The notes below the pieces were generated by a model that saw nothing but the letters and a program-made list of their open reading frames with translations, did no database searches and was not told where the DNA came from. Below are positions 39,144-51,045 of a DNA stretch of 64,000 nucleotides, piece by piece (the stretch's first letter is position 1; every line of letters starts with the position of its first letter). Made by a program: the position numbers and the translations under genes. The stretch is from positions 620,001 to 684,000 of the forward strand of contig RSEE01000018.1 in the NCBI GenBank assembly GCA_003971905.1, written 5' to 3'. Source of the stretch: Moniliella sp. 'wahieum' (Eukaryota).

Positions 39144-40714
39144 ATGTCCTCGATCCACGACAACCCCCCTGACCCCAGTAACCCTAGCGCGCCGCAACCC
39201 ATCGCGCGGCGCGGCCCAATCCGACCCCCGTCCGACCCCCCTCTGACGCTCCGTTCGACGACGATGGCCCGGAGTGGTTCCACCCGGCTGGCCCCTCTGG
39301 ACCCCCCCATGCAGCTCCGTCTGTTGCGCCCGCGCCCCCGGGGTATACATTGCCTGCCTCCGACCTGTCCGGGCTGGGCCTCGAGGCCGCTCAGCGTCGG
39401 GTCGATGAGGCCCGCAGAATGCGCCAGCTTCTGTTGACGGAGGCCGGGAAATCAGGCCTACCTTGCAGCCCAGGAGGACCAGCGCCGCGCTTTCGAGGAT
39501 GAGCAAGAGGCGAAGCGCCGTGAGCACCGCCTCCGTCAGCGGCGGGAGGAGGCGGCGCTTGCCGCGGAAGAGGCCCGGTTGGCCGCCTCGGTACGGGAGG
39601 CTCAAACTGGCGTGGTGTCCTCGGCCCCCGCCCCCGCTCCCGCCCCTGGGCCTTATGGTGATCTGACTGCCATCCCGAACACGGTGTCGGAAGAGCCTAA
39701 GATGTTCGAGCCCGTTCGTTTCCGCCCGTCGTCTGGTGCGAATCCCAACTCTCGTGACCGGGTCCAGGCCCAGCACGTCGTCACCTCCTTCGAGATTTAC
39801 GCGCGCGTCGCCCTCACGCATATGGCGCGGCGGCATGGATCGACCGCTTCATGGGCCTGCTGCAGGGAGAGGCCCTCACTTGGGTCGAGCAGTTCGGCTC
39901 GGAGGTGGCCCTTCCCCTGGAGGCGCGCACCACACCCGCCCTCCAGTCTTGGCCTGCGTTTCGCGCAGCTTTCCTGGAGCAGTGGGGCGAGCGCAACCCG
40001 GCGCTGAAGGCGTTTGAGGAGTTTCGTCGTCTTCGGCAGACGGGATCTGCAGCGGACTATTCCGCTACGTTCACGGTTCTGCTGCGTCGCTGGAACCCCA
40101 ACGCGTCGGATGAGGACCGCTACTATTGCTTTCTGTACGGCTTGAAGCCGCGGGTGCGTGACGCAATCGCCTCCCGCGGCGAGTCGGCTCACTTGGGACG
40201 GATCAGTTTCGAACAACTGCGCACAGCGGCCATTGACATCGACCAATCGCAATCGCTGGGCGCTCATGGTACCGCCATCTCCCGGGATCGGGCGGCAATC
40301 ATTGGTTTCGGCCCTCGTCGCCCGAAGCGGAGCCCATGGACCTCAGCGCAGTCACCGCCACCGCTGAAGCGGCGGCCCGGCGCACCGAGCGCCGCGCTCA
40401 AGGCGCAGTGCCGTGATCACCATATGCCTTCCACGACTGTACCCCGGCCACAGCCCCAACTCCCGCCCAAGCCCCAAGCCCAGCCCAAGCCCAAGCCCAG
40501 CCCCAGCCCCAACTCCCGCCCAAGCCCCAACTCCCGCCCAAGCCCCAAGCCAGCCCCAGCCCCAAGACCAGCCCCAGCCCCAAGACCAGCCCAAGCACCA
40601 AGACCAGCCCCAGCCCCAAGACCAGCCCCAGCACCCAGACCAGCCCAAGACCAAGACTACGCACCAGCACCAGCACTCGCCCGGGCCCCGGCCCAAGTCC
40701 ACCTCCTCATCTAA
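39144..40714 (+). CDS. Gag-like region (retrotransposon gag domain, Pro-rich 18-bp repeats); frameshifted
   Basis: LLQGEALTW...SWPAFRAAFLEQWG...AFEEFRRLRQTGSAADYSATF...W......YCFLYGLKPRVRDAI is a retrotrans-gag pattern. 18-bp units ccagccccagccccaaga at ~40550-40650. Confidence 0.85.
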
Positions 40715-40807
40715 CCCCATCTCGCCCCCCTCTGTCAACTCGATTCCTTTTCCCTCCTCGGTTCCCTCCCGGCCGCTGGCGCGGCACCTCAAGTACTGGC
40801 GGAGCCC

Positions 40808-42390
40808 ATGTCCGAACGTTCTGCCGCCGCCCTCAAGCTCATGGCGGCGGACCCCGATACACCGGTGGTGGAGCGAGCGTCTGCCGACGAGATTCGACAG
40901 CGCATCCGCCAACTCGTGCCTCGTGACCCTCGTTGGTCCCTTGCTACGGCTCCAAGCCCACCTCCCCATGCTTTGACGGTCCGCGACGGTCTTTTGTGGC
41001 ACGGAAACCAGGTCTACGTCCCCGGCGACCGGCCGATCCGCGCTGCCATTCTCCACCAAGCCCACGACTCGGCATTGGCGGGCCATGAAGGGCGCGACAA
41101 GACGTTGGCCCGTGTCCGCGCTCAATATTGGTGGCCCCGCCTGTCAGCCGACGTGTGGGCCTACGTGCGCTCGTGCGACCGCTGCCAACGGACCAAAGCG
41201 CCTTGCCACCAACCCGCCGGACCCCTTCAGCCCCTTTCCCCTCCCCAAGGCCCGTGGACCCACTTGACGATGGACCACATTACCCAGCTTCCCCGATCCA
41301 ATGGTTACGACGCGATTCTGGTGGTGGTGGATCGTTGTACCAAAATGGGTCACTTCATTCCCGCCCACACGACGGACACTGCGCCCCAGCTCGCACGCCA
41401 GTTTGTACACCATGTCTTTCGCTACCATGGCCTTCCCCGGGATCTGGTGAGTGATCGGGGACCGACCTTCACAAGCCACTTCTGGCAAGCCTTGTGTGCC
41501 GACTTGGGCATCAAGTCGAGCCTCAGCACCGCGTCCCACCCCCAGACGGACGGCCAGACTGAGCGACTCAACCAGATCCTCGAACAGTACCTCCGCTGCT
41601 ACCTCGACGAGCAGCAGTCCAACTGGTTCGACCTCCTCCCCACGGCCGAATTCGCCTACAACTCGTCCTCCCACTCGAGCACCCACCAGTCCCCTTTGTC
41701 CTCACCTATGGTTACTCTCCCCGGGGGGAGTTGGAGCCCTCCACTTCGCCCGTGCCCGATGCTGCGTCATATTTGGAGGACTTGCGCTCGGCCCAGGCGG
41801 TGGCCCGCCGCACGCTCGCCGCGGCCCAAGACCGCTACAAGCATTATGCCGATCAGCAGCGCACCGAGGCGGCTTCCTTCACTGCTGGCCAGCCTGTCTT
41901 GGTCCGTCGGGACGGCTATGTGGCCAGCCAGCGGCCTTCTGACGGCCTCGACTATCGCTACCTCGGCCCCTTTCCCATTGTCCGCGCCGTGGGCCGCGCC
42001 GCATACCAGGTCCGCCTCCCCGACTACCTACACCTCCATGACGTGTTCCATGTGTCCCGCTTGCGAGCCTACACCCCTGGTGACGTGGTCCCTGCCCGCT
42101 TGATTGAGCCCCCGCCTCCTCTCCCCGAGTATGCTGATGATGGTGCGGTTCATCACGAGGTTGAACATGTCCTCGACTCTCGCCGCAAGGGTCGTGGTGG
42201 CCGCATTGAGTACTTTGTTCACTTCCGGGGCTATCCTGTCCACGAGCGGGAGTGGGTACCCGCTGCGGACATGTCTCATGACGCCGAGCCAGTGGTCCGT
42301 TTCCACGCCCTCTACCCCGATAAGCCTGTCTCCCATGCCCGCCGACTCGCCCTCTCTCGCCTCCGTCGCCGCCCGGGAGATGAGGTCTGA
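40808..42390 (+). CDS. Retroviral-type integrase (HHCC zinc, D-D35-E core, GPF/SH3-like) with C-terminal chromodomain; one apparent indel near 41700
   Basis: HDSALAGH...CDRC; MDHITQLP, VSDRGPTF, GQTERLNQ; YLGPFPI..YQVRLP..LHDVFHVSRL; HEVEHVLDSR...EYFVHFRGY...EWVP. Confidence 0.93.
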
Positions 42391-42400
42391 AAGGGGGCAA

Positions 42401-42580
42401 TGTCATAGTTTGGCTGATCTCGCTCCCATTTCCAATTTCTTCGTCTCGAGCGTCTCGCTCCTTCCCTGTTCCTTCCACTTCGCACCATGTCCTCTGTTCT
42501 TGCTTCTTCCCCACGAACGATGCTACACCCCTTGGCCTAGTCCGATCCTGGTCTCCCTCGCCTTAGCCCCGACTGTGACA
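42401..42580 (+). repeat. 3' LTR (180 bp)
   Basis: Direct repeat of 38923-39102, preceded by the PPT and followed by TSD CTTTT. Confidence 0.95.
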
Positions 42581-43018
42581 CTTTTAGTGTGTCTCGATGT
42601 TGCAGCCTATTTTGCTACTTCCTATATGCCGATCTGAGATACAAACTAACGTATGATGGCCGCAAACACTTTTGGTTGCAACATTATACAAGGGCTTTTC
42701 ATGTGTACTCTGAAAGAATACTACCGTATCTCTGGCACCAGAAACTGCACTTGTGTGGACCAAATTGGCCCACAGTTTCATAGCCAGTTTTTAAAGAACG
42801 ATGCACCTTGAACAATCTGATGTAGCCTATATAGACGCTAGCAGGCTGGGAGGTGCTGCATGAATGGAGCTCAAAAAATGCATGAGACAAGGCGGGGTGG
42901 GGGGCTTTATAATACAGCGTTCAGTATCGCACCGATCCAACCCGAATAGCCCCAGCGAGAGAAAAAAGGATGGTGGGGGGCAGAAGAGCCACACCAATTA
43001 AGAAAAAAGAAAAAAGGC

Positions 43019-43955
43019 TTAGAAGCTAAAGCAGCCAGCAATCTGGCCACCGTCCATAACAAGTTCGGAACCCGTCATGAACGTGCACTCATTGGTCGCT
43101 AGGAACAAGGTGGCATTGGCCACATCTAGTGCGGTGCCCATATGGCCTTGAGGGATTTCCTGAACGATTTTGGCCGAATCCATCTGGGCCACAATGTCGG
43201 TTACGCAGTAACCTGGGTGGACGCTACAAAAGAAGAACAGGGGGAGTTAGTTTGTTCTTTGTACTGCGAAGACGGATCAAGCGCAGAAAAATCGGGGCCG
43301 TTGAAGAGCACACATACCTATTGACACGGATGTTGTGCTGCGCACCAGCCAAAGCAGCCGCCTTGGTAAAGTTACGAATGGCGCCCTTGGTGGAGCAGTA
43401 ATTAGCCAATGCGCTGTTCCCCACAATGCCAAGAATGGAGCTCATCTGAATGATGCTTCCTCCCGCCAAAGGTTTTGTAGGGGAAGTCAGTTTCATCAAT
43501 CCAAAGGCGCCCCGGGTACCGAGAAAGACCGAGTCCAGGTTGACCGCATGAATGCGTTTCCATTGGTCAAAGGACGCGTGCTCGTCAAACGTTTGAGGTG
43601 GAAAAGCCATGCCCGCATTGTTGACAAGCACGTCCAACCGTCCATAGCGCGTTTCGACATGGGAAAACAACTCAGCCCATTCTTGTTCCGATTCGGCATT
43701 TAGGGTACGGAATTCGCCGCTGCCGTTCCCGCAAGCGGTAATGTCCTGAATAACTTTCTGTCCAGCTTTGCGGTCCCGCCCAACGCAGATCACCGTGGCG
43801 CCTTCCTCGGCCATACGGATGGCGATGGCAGCCCCGAGCCCACGGGTCGCGCCCGTGACAATGGCCACTTGACCCGCAAGCTTTTTGCCTGCGTTTGCAG
43901 TAGCGGTTGAGGTGGTGACGGGCATATTGGCGGCGGTGGTAGCGATAGGTGCCAT
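43019..43955 (-). CDS. Classical short-chain dehydrogenase/reductase; intron 43224-43317
   Basis: VAIVTGATRGLG, LDVLVNNAG, VNLDSVFLG, SSILG, YCSTK (YxxxK), NIRVN|SVHPGY, DVANATLFLA, TGSELVMDGG. Confidence 0.92.
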
Positions 43956-44899
43956 ATTGAATAAAGGAGGATGAGAGATGGTTTTGTGATTGGAGCGAGG
44001 GCAGTGAGAGGATGGGTGGAAAGGGGTTGTCGTGTGTTGAAGAATTGTTGTGGTGTGGAGAAAAAGGATGAACAGACGACGAAATGGCCGTCTATTTATG
44101 TGTTCTCTCCTCAATGCGACTGACGGTCTACACCTGCTGCGCGATATACCAAAACACGTGTAGTGCAGGCATGCCAATCTATCCTGCCGGCGGACATGGT
44201 CTCATGATGAAGAGAGAGCGACGTTCCGAGATGGAGCGCATCAAGGAGCTCGGGATGGTGTGATTTTGCACCATATACCAACCGCCCATCCCAGACTTGA
44301 TTGGAGACAAAGTGGAGAGGATGGAGAGCTCCGTGTTGGTAAAGAGTATAGAGGCGCACCTGTGGCGTCTTCTCCACGGGGTCACTGCCCTCTACCTTGT
44401 TTTCTGCTCCACACTTTCCCCACACCGCCCACAAACACCACAGGTGGTTCACCAGGGCCGAAGTATCCATGCCGCGGGACATATACGGCACGGAAGGAGT
44501 CTCGCAGACCCTCAGGGTCAAAACGAGCCCTATCATTAATCATTCCTTTGGAGCGTCTCGCCCTGTGGCCTGATCAGAGGAAATGAGGGGGGGCGAGATA
44601 TGCAATCCTCCTTGACTCAGTGCTGGCAGAGACGCGCACAGTACTCCTTGATGCAGAAGCACGATGGGCGATATGGGGCCTGAGTATGATCGATCTGAAT
44701 GTGAGAGGAAGCGCTGCAAAAGGTGAGTCGTCTGGCAATACGCACGAGCAGCTGCTGTGGTTATGTTATGGAGAGAGATCATCTGTTTTTGCCGCACCCT
44801 CCTCTCTCCACTATGAAAGCCTCAGCTACCAGTTACCCACAGGCAAAAATCAATCTCCTCAGGGCAAAAATGGTCTTGTAAGCCGGCGACGTTGTTGCA

Positions 44900-45150
44900 A
44901 AGTTCAGCGCTTTCTAAGAGAGTATACTGGCACTGAGTACTGTCACATGTATGCGTGCTGTGGTACCCGATACCGTCACATAACTAGTTGTGCACGCACT
45001 CTGTAAGGAACTAGGCACTATAGTGCAACAGATATTGTAGCCCCTCGTGCATCCTCGGCTCGGGTAGCGGTTCCTAGCACGGGTTGCAATTCGGATCTCA
45101 GATCTCAGTCCTCAACAGCCTCAGGCCCAGGCCTCAGGGCCTCAGATCCG
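44900..45150. repeat. Heptamer palindrome cluster (AGTACT, ACATGT, AGATCT, AGGCCT)
   Basis: tg-agtact-gtc-acatgt (44934-44950), ggatct-c-agatct-ca (45093-45107), cctc-aggccc-aggcct-cagggcct-cag (45119-45145). Confidence 0.7.
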
Positions 45151-45708
45151 CGCGTTACATTGGGGCACACCAGGTCACACTGAGGCAGACGAGGAGGCGG
45201 GCGGCAAAAGTGAAACACATCTCGCTGTGTTGGAACGCGGAACAAGTAAGACACGCATGGGCCGTCTGAAACAGTGCCAGGGGTCGCGCGGGGCGACACT
45301 GAGGCGACAACGGGGGCAAACGAGTGCGAGCGCGACAAACGACCAATGTAATGAGCGCAATGATTAATGCGCGCATAGCGTGAGAGTCTGGGGGTTGTGG
45401 AAGACGAACGGAAGTGAGGGAGGGATGGTTGTTCTATTCCAAGAAGAAGCCTCTCACCTCCGGAAGGATACAGAGGAGAGAGTCGGACAGGAAGGAGTGA
45501 TTACGAAATGCTGGCATGCCGGCGTCTTTTTGCAATCACGCCAACAGGGGTGTCCTGGGGTGGGGGCGGTGGGTGGCAAGCGTCAACGCATGTCGTGGAT
45601 GTCCGACGTCTCCCGCAGCCCAGCCCAACTGATTATAGTAGCTTAGTATGCATCACTCCATCTTTACTTTGATGCTACTCGGTACACTCATCGACACCGA
45701 TCAACGAC

Positions 45709-45742
45709 CATCATGCATCATCATGCATCATGCATCATCCAT
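45709..45742. repeat. ATGCAT heptamer array
   Basis: tc-atgcat-ca-tc-atgcat-c-atgcat-ca. Confidence 0.75.
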
Positions 45743-48269
45743 CATTCTCTCCGCATGTCAGACATCCCCGACAGGGCGGCATGTGTGTCTGAGATCTGAT
45801 AGTCGCTCGCGTCAAATGCCCAGTTTCAAATTCGAAGCCGTATGGTTGTGTGTGATAATATCCTTAGGCGCCCGGATGCCCTGTGGGTGCTCGCTATTGT
45901 GAATGTATGTACACACATTCTACCCTTTAAGCTTGGGCCTTATGCACGTATCGCTCCATTCTGCACGGTCCTTTTGTAGTACCCGCCTGGCCTCCAGTCC
46001 CGCATGTCGACCCATTCTTACACTCTGTCTTTTGGTGGCATATGCGCGACATCAAATGCACAAACCCAGCACATGGATCAGAGGAACAGGTGTGGCAAAA
46101 TGGCGGAAGGGGAGATATCACACAGAGCCGAGACGGATCTCCAATATTACCTTCCCCCCCCCCCCCACCTGTTGAGCTAAGTGGCTCGTGATTTGGCCAA
46201 TGTCCCTTCAGCTCCTCCTCAGGCCTAGGAGTTCCGCTGTTTCCCCTCTCCTGTTTTCCTCCTTGCCCCGCAGCTGCCCCTGATGGCGACTCGCTGCTGC
46301 CTCTGTAGGCATTGCTGGTTGCCACACCACCACCACCAGTGCGATTGCATCATACTGGAGGACCATCAGGACTCCAGGTTCATCACCCCCTTACAACCTC
46401 CACCTCCCAGCCGCGGATCCACGCGGGCCACTTTGTCCCACTGAACCTCTGTGGCATGGTGCACCACCTCCTTAATTATCAGCCGTGTAAAGTCAGTTAT
46501 AGGCAACACAACAGAAGCCACCACAGCAGACGAAAAGTGACCAACAGTTCCCACTAGCCCACTGATCTCTTCCGTCTCCCCTCTGATTCGGGGCACATTT
46601 CTTCCCTCTCCCCGCGTCCGGACTGTCGCTCACCGTCATAATACTGCCCAACAAAAGTTGGATGGACTCTGGTGCAATATGGAGAGAAACAGTCGGAGTG
46701 TGCGCGTCCTCGGTTCCATGCCTTGCTTTTTTTCTACCCCCCTTCCCCCGCCCCCTGTGCGTGCACGGGTCAGCACGGATCTTTCCTCCTAATTATCATG
46801 TCCGACTGGAAAAATACAACGACGATGATCCCAAACTAGTGTGTTTGTCCGCTTTTGTTAACGAGAGTCGGACTGAGCAGGCCCAAGTCCATCATAGGCG
46901 AGACCTGCATGATGGGCGAGACTTATCATGTAGATCGGTCCTTACCATGGAGGAAAAAGAAAAAAGGATATAGCAGTTGATGAGACCTGGAGTCCAGATG
47001 GTCCTCGAGGGTGATGCAATCGCACTAGTGGTGGTGGTGGTGGTGGTGGTCTAAGCCAACCAGCAACGCCTATACAGAGGAACATCAAGCAGCGAGTCGC
47101 CACCAGGGGCTAAGCTGCGGAACAAGGAAAAACAGAAGAGATAAACAACGGAACTCCTAGGCCTGAGGAGAGGAACTGAAGGGACATTGGCCAAATCAGC
47201 CACCTGATGGCTCAACACCAGTGAAGTGGCGAAGCTGTTCTGTCGAGGGGAAAAATGCCATGTAAGAAGAAATGCGGTAGGGCTATCGACTCCTATCGAC
47301 AGAGGAAGTCGATCTCTACCGTCACACACCGCTTCTGTCAGACGCTCATCGTATTCGTCCTATATACAGACAAAATCCTAGACCTTGTTGACCCAACAAT
47401 TCCTTCCCAAAATTTTTCTGAGAGCTGACACGAGTGTTGTGGCCTTACTCAGCCAAAAACCCCACTGAGAGACACAGTGAGAGCGGGAGCAGTCGATGCT
47501 GATCTTAATTTGTGCGAGACAAGCGAGTATGGGCAGTGAAGTATACAGATGCAAGGACAGATATGGGTGCAACAGCGCGCACACGGAATGTGCCTGTGTG
47601 TACAGCTCCAAACCGAATGCACTTTTATGGTGTGGTCGGAACCGATGGACGGGAGGCGCTAATCCAGGGCATTGGCGTTTCAGGCATGGCCATGCACATC
47701 GCCAACAAAGGCCATTCTCTCGGTTACATACCGCGATCGAATGGGGCCGAGGAGGGTCGGGCGGGTAAGGGGTAGAAGAAGGCATGCACTGGCAAATTAA
47801 GAGGGTGCAAAAGGTGTGGCTGCTACTGGGTGTCGTGTGCCAACTAAGGCAAATGTCTTGCTATACGCGCCGTTTACATTATGTCTCTGTCGCCAGCATC
47901 AGCATCAGCACCAGCACCAGCACCAGCAGGCGAGCGCAGTGATGAGGATGTATCAGCCCCCACAGAGCGTCTCGGTGCGAAAAAAAGATGAAACTCTCTC
48001 TGAACGTTCTAACAGGTGGATATGGTGGGGTGGGGAGTACTCGCCCTCCGTACCCGATGTTCTCAACCAGCTCAGAGCTGGGCGCTGGGCCTTGTCGCGG
48101 TGAAGCGCGCGAGCGCACTCGCGCGGGTCGCGGGCGGGGCTGTCGCGAATGAGAGCGAGTCACTATGGTGAGAGCAGTGTGGCAATTTATTGAATCAGCT
48201 GATATTGACACTCATAACATTAAGAAATCGACTTTGTTGCTCTGATTGCCACGTTCAGAATCGACGTTG

Positions 48270-50471
48270 GGGCAGGTCTATCCGGGTGGACCCAGCCCCT
48301 CCTGAAAACGGCCCTTGGGTGCGAACGCTTCGTCACCTTTCTCACCGCCCTCACCAAGAGTATTTACCACGGCACTGCCCCTGGACGCGAGCTCCTGTTG
48401 GCCTCCCGCCTTACCCCCCTGGAGAAGGCATCGGGAGGTATCCGCCCCATCGCCTGTGGGGAGCTGATCTACCGCCTGTGCGCCAAGGCCATCGCTCGAG
48501 CGATCAAACCCAACAGCTGGCTTCTCCCCACCCAGCTGGGAGTAGCATCGCAAAACGGGGTGGAGCCTATCGTGCGGATGGTCGAGCGCATGACAGCGCC
48601 AGGCGGGGAGAACGATGCGGAAATGGGCGACTTCAGCCACGTCGCCATGCTCGACTTTACCAACGCGTTCAACACTGTGCGCCGTCGCACACTCGCCAAG
48701 GCGCTCCATGCCTACGCCCCCACCTCCTCACCTTGGGCCGGTGGATCTATGGTTCCCCCACCCAGCTTTGGGTTGCGTCGGGTGGAAATGAGACCAGCGT
48801 CCTGTCGGCAGAGGGCGTGCGGCAGGGCGACCCCCTCGCCCCCTTTTTCTTCTCCATCGCAGTGCGGCCCACGCTAGAGAAGCTGAGAGATGATCTGCCG
48901 CCGGGGCACCTGGTGATGGCATACCTGGACGACATTACCATTTTCGGTCCAGAGCCAGGCATTACCGGCCAAGCTGCGGAGATTTTGGAAGACGACGCGT
49001 CAGGCCTCAAGCTCAACCTGCGCAAGTGCGTCGAGCGGGACCGGGACCAGATCCGGGAGGATGGTCTGCAGGTTCTGGGCACTTGTGTGGGAGGGGTAGA
49101 CTGTCGTCGATCGTGGCTCCGGGCCCAACTGGCCAGCCTGAGGGAGAACATGCCTAAGTTTGATGGCATCACCCGCCAGGGACGCCTCTTACTATGGCGG
49201 CTCAGCACTCAGACCAAGCTGCGCCACCTGCTCCGCACCATGCAGATGGAAGGAGAGCTAGACGAAGTGCTGGCCGAGATCGATGCCTTCATCTGTACGG
49301 AGTTCAGACGGATCCGGGGCGACGAGGATCCCCAAGGTGCCAAGGACGACCACTTCGACATGCTCATGAGCCTGCCTCTCCGGCTAGGAGGATGCGGCAG
49401 CCCGCTTTACTCGTATATCGCGCCCCACGCCCGTGCCGCGGCCAACGAGGTCAACGACTATCTTATTACCACTTATGTTGACCGTTCGGGACCGCAAACG
49501 GCAGAGGCCAACGCATTTACGAAGCAACGCCAGCGCTGCCGCGAGATGTGGGAGAAAAGTCGACAGGAGCTGCTCCAGAAGCTGGACGCTGCCGATGGTC
49601 GTCATGTGGTTGAGCACAGCAACCCGCTGAGCCACAACTGGCTCTCCGTCATTCCGTCCGTCCCGTACCTCAAGCTCTCTGACCAGCAGGTCCAGGTTGG
49701 TCTCCAGCTCCGCACGCTGTGCCGCACCACGCGCAGCATGTGCAAGTGCGGCGTCATGTCCTCGCTGGAACACATCATGTCCTGCACACGCTCCCAGGCC
49801 AAGTTTGGCGCGTTGCATGAGGCAGTGCGGGAGCCCATCCTCCAGCTCCTACGCTCCATCCCCGACACCCACGTCCACAACGAACCTAGGGTGGAGGAGG
49901 AGGATGGGACGAGGCGCGGACGGAGGGCACAGCGCACCGACTACCGCGTGATGGGGCCCGGAGCACTCGGAGGATCAGGAATGGAGGTAGACCACACGCT
50001 GCGTGACACGGGATCGCTGGAGGCGCAGAGCGCGTACCGACGGGTGGTGCATGAGAGCACTGCGTCCTTTGGAACGCCGGGAGAAGGAACTGCTTCGGCT
50101 GCTTGAACAAGCAGAATGCGACAAGAACGCCAAGTACCAGGGACGCACTCAAGAAACGTTTTTCCCCCTGGTTTTGACGACGCGAGGATACTACGGCACC
50201 AAGACGGCGAGCAAGTTGTTTGCGCATTGGAAGGAGTTGGCTACTAAGTCTCAGTGGAAATGGTTCCTCGCTCGGATGTCAACCACGTTCCTCCGTGTCC
50301 ACACGCGCTTCCTAGGGTACGGGACCGGATGGCATGAGCCGGAGGGTCCTGATATCCTGGCGATCCCCTGGTTCCTTGACCCTGGTGGCGCCCCTAAGTA
50401 ACCCCCGCAAGATGAACGGTTAGGTTTAGACGTAGCGTTCCCCTGTCCCAGCCTTAAGCTCTGTCAATGAA
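48270..50471 (+). mobile_element. 5'-truncated CRE-clade (Cnl1/MoTeR-like) non-LTR retrotransposon: RT + CCHC-like motif + restriction-like endonuclease; frameshifted
   Basis: GLSGWT, SRLTPLEK..GGIRPIACGELIYRL, QLGV, LDFTNAFNTVRR, GVRQGDPLAPFFF, MAYLDDI, GLKLNLRKC, LPLRLGGCG, CKCG....LEHIMSC, HEAVR..EPRV..RTDYRV..EVD..KNAKY..FFPLVLTTRG. No LTRs. Confidence 0.88.
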
Positions 50472-50484
50472 ATGGACGCAACAT

Positions 50485-51045
50485 TAAGCCTCAGATCCTC
50501 AGAGGGGGGGGCTCAACGTGCTCAACGGCAACGAGCTCAACCTGAGTGCCCCCATGCCTCAACACTGCCATTGAATATTGAAGATTGAATTGAATCGTCC
50601 ATGTGTTGCGGTCGTCGGTCCACCCAGCACCCAGCACCCAGCACCCACAGCGCCTAGCCACCAGCTTCTACCCAATCCGTCTAGGGGGGGTTGTCACAGC
50701 CGCTGACCTGCCTCAGTGTAAGGCCCCCGTGCCTGTGCCCTGAGGGTGATGCAGATTATTATGGAAACATACTGCAAGTTTCATCTGAAGCTTGAAGCTT
50801 GAAGGCTGATGCGCTGATGAGTACTGAGTCGGTGAGGCCTGCGGGCCTGAGGCCACACACGGTCATATTCACACCCTCAGGCCTCAGACAGGTCAGGTAG
50901 GGTCACCGACCCGGTCAGCCCCCCGGTGAGGACCTGAGGCCCGTATGAGGGCTGTGTTCGCCAGGGAGTCGGAGTCGGGATGGCCTGACCTATCCTCTAC
51001 TGCTTCATCGACCTCAGGCCTGACCTCAGGCCTGACCTCAGGGCC
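50485..51045. repeat. Heptamer palindrome cluster (AATATT, AAGCTT, AGTACT, AGGCCT)
   Basis: tg-aatatt-ga (50574), aagctt-g-aagctt-g (50788-50801), tg-agtact-ga (50820), tc-aggcct-ca (50879), acctcaggcctg x2+ (51011-51040). Confidence 0.8.

Larger units (their letters stand above)
38923..42580 (+). mobile_element. Ty3/gypsy chromovirus-type LTR element, 3658 bp, gag + integrase/chromodomain only (no PR, RT or RNase H); TSD CTTTT
   Basis: 180-bp LTRs at 38923-39102 and 42401-42580 (TGTCA...TGACA), nearly identical. 5-bp TSD CTTTT at 38918-38922 and 42581-42585. Polypurine tract gaaagggggcaa at 42389-42400. Confidence 0.95.

Noticed and set aside
47028..47930. (GGT)n at 47028-47050 and (CAGCAY)n at 47894-47930 as coding repeats
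   Set aside because: Ordinary microsatellites without a supported surrounding gene.
48240..50500. Target-site duplication or telomeric-repeat target for the CRE element
   Set aside because: No matching direct repeat or TTAGGG-like sequence at either junction. A weak cacgttc.ga.tc resemblance between flanks of the two copies is too short to trust.
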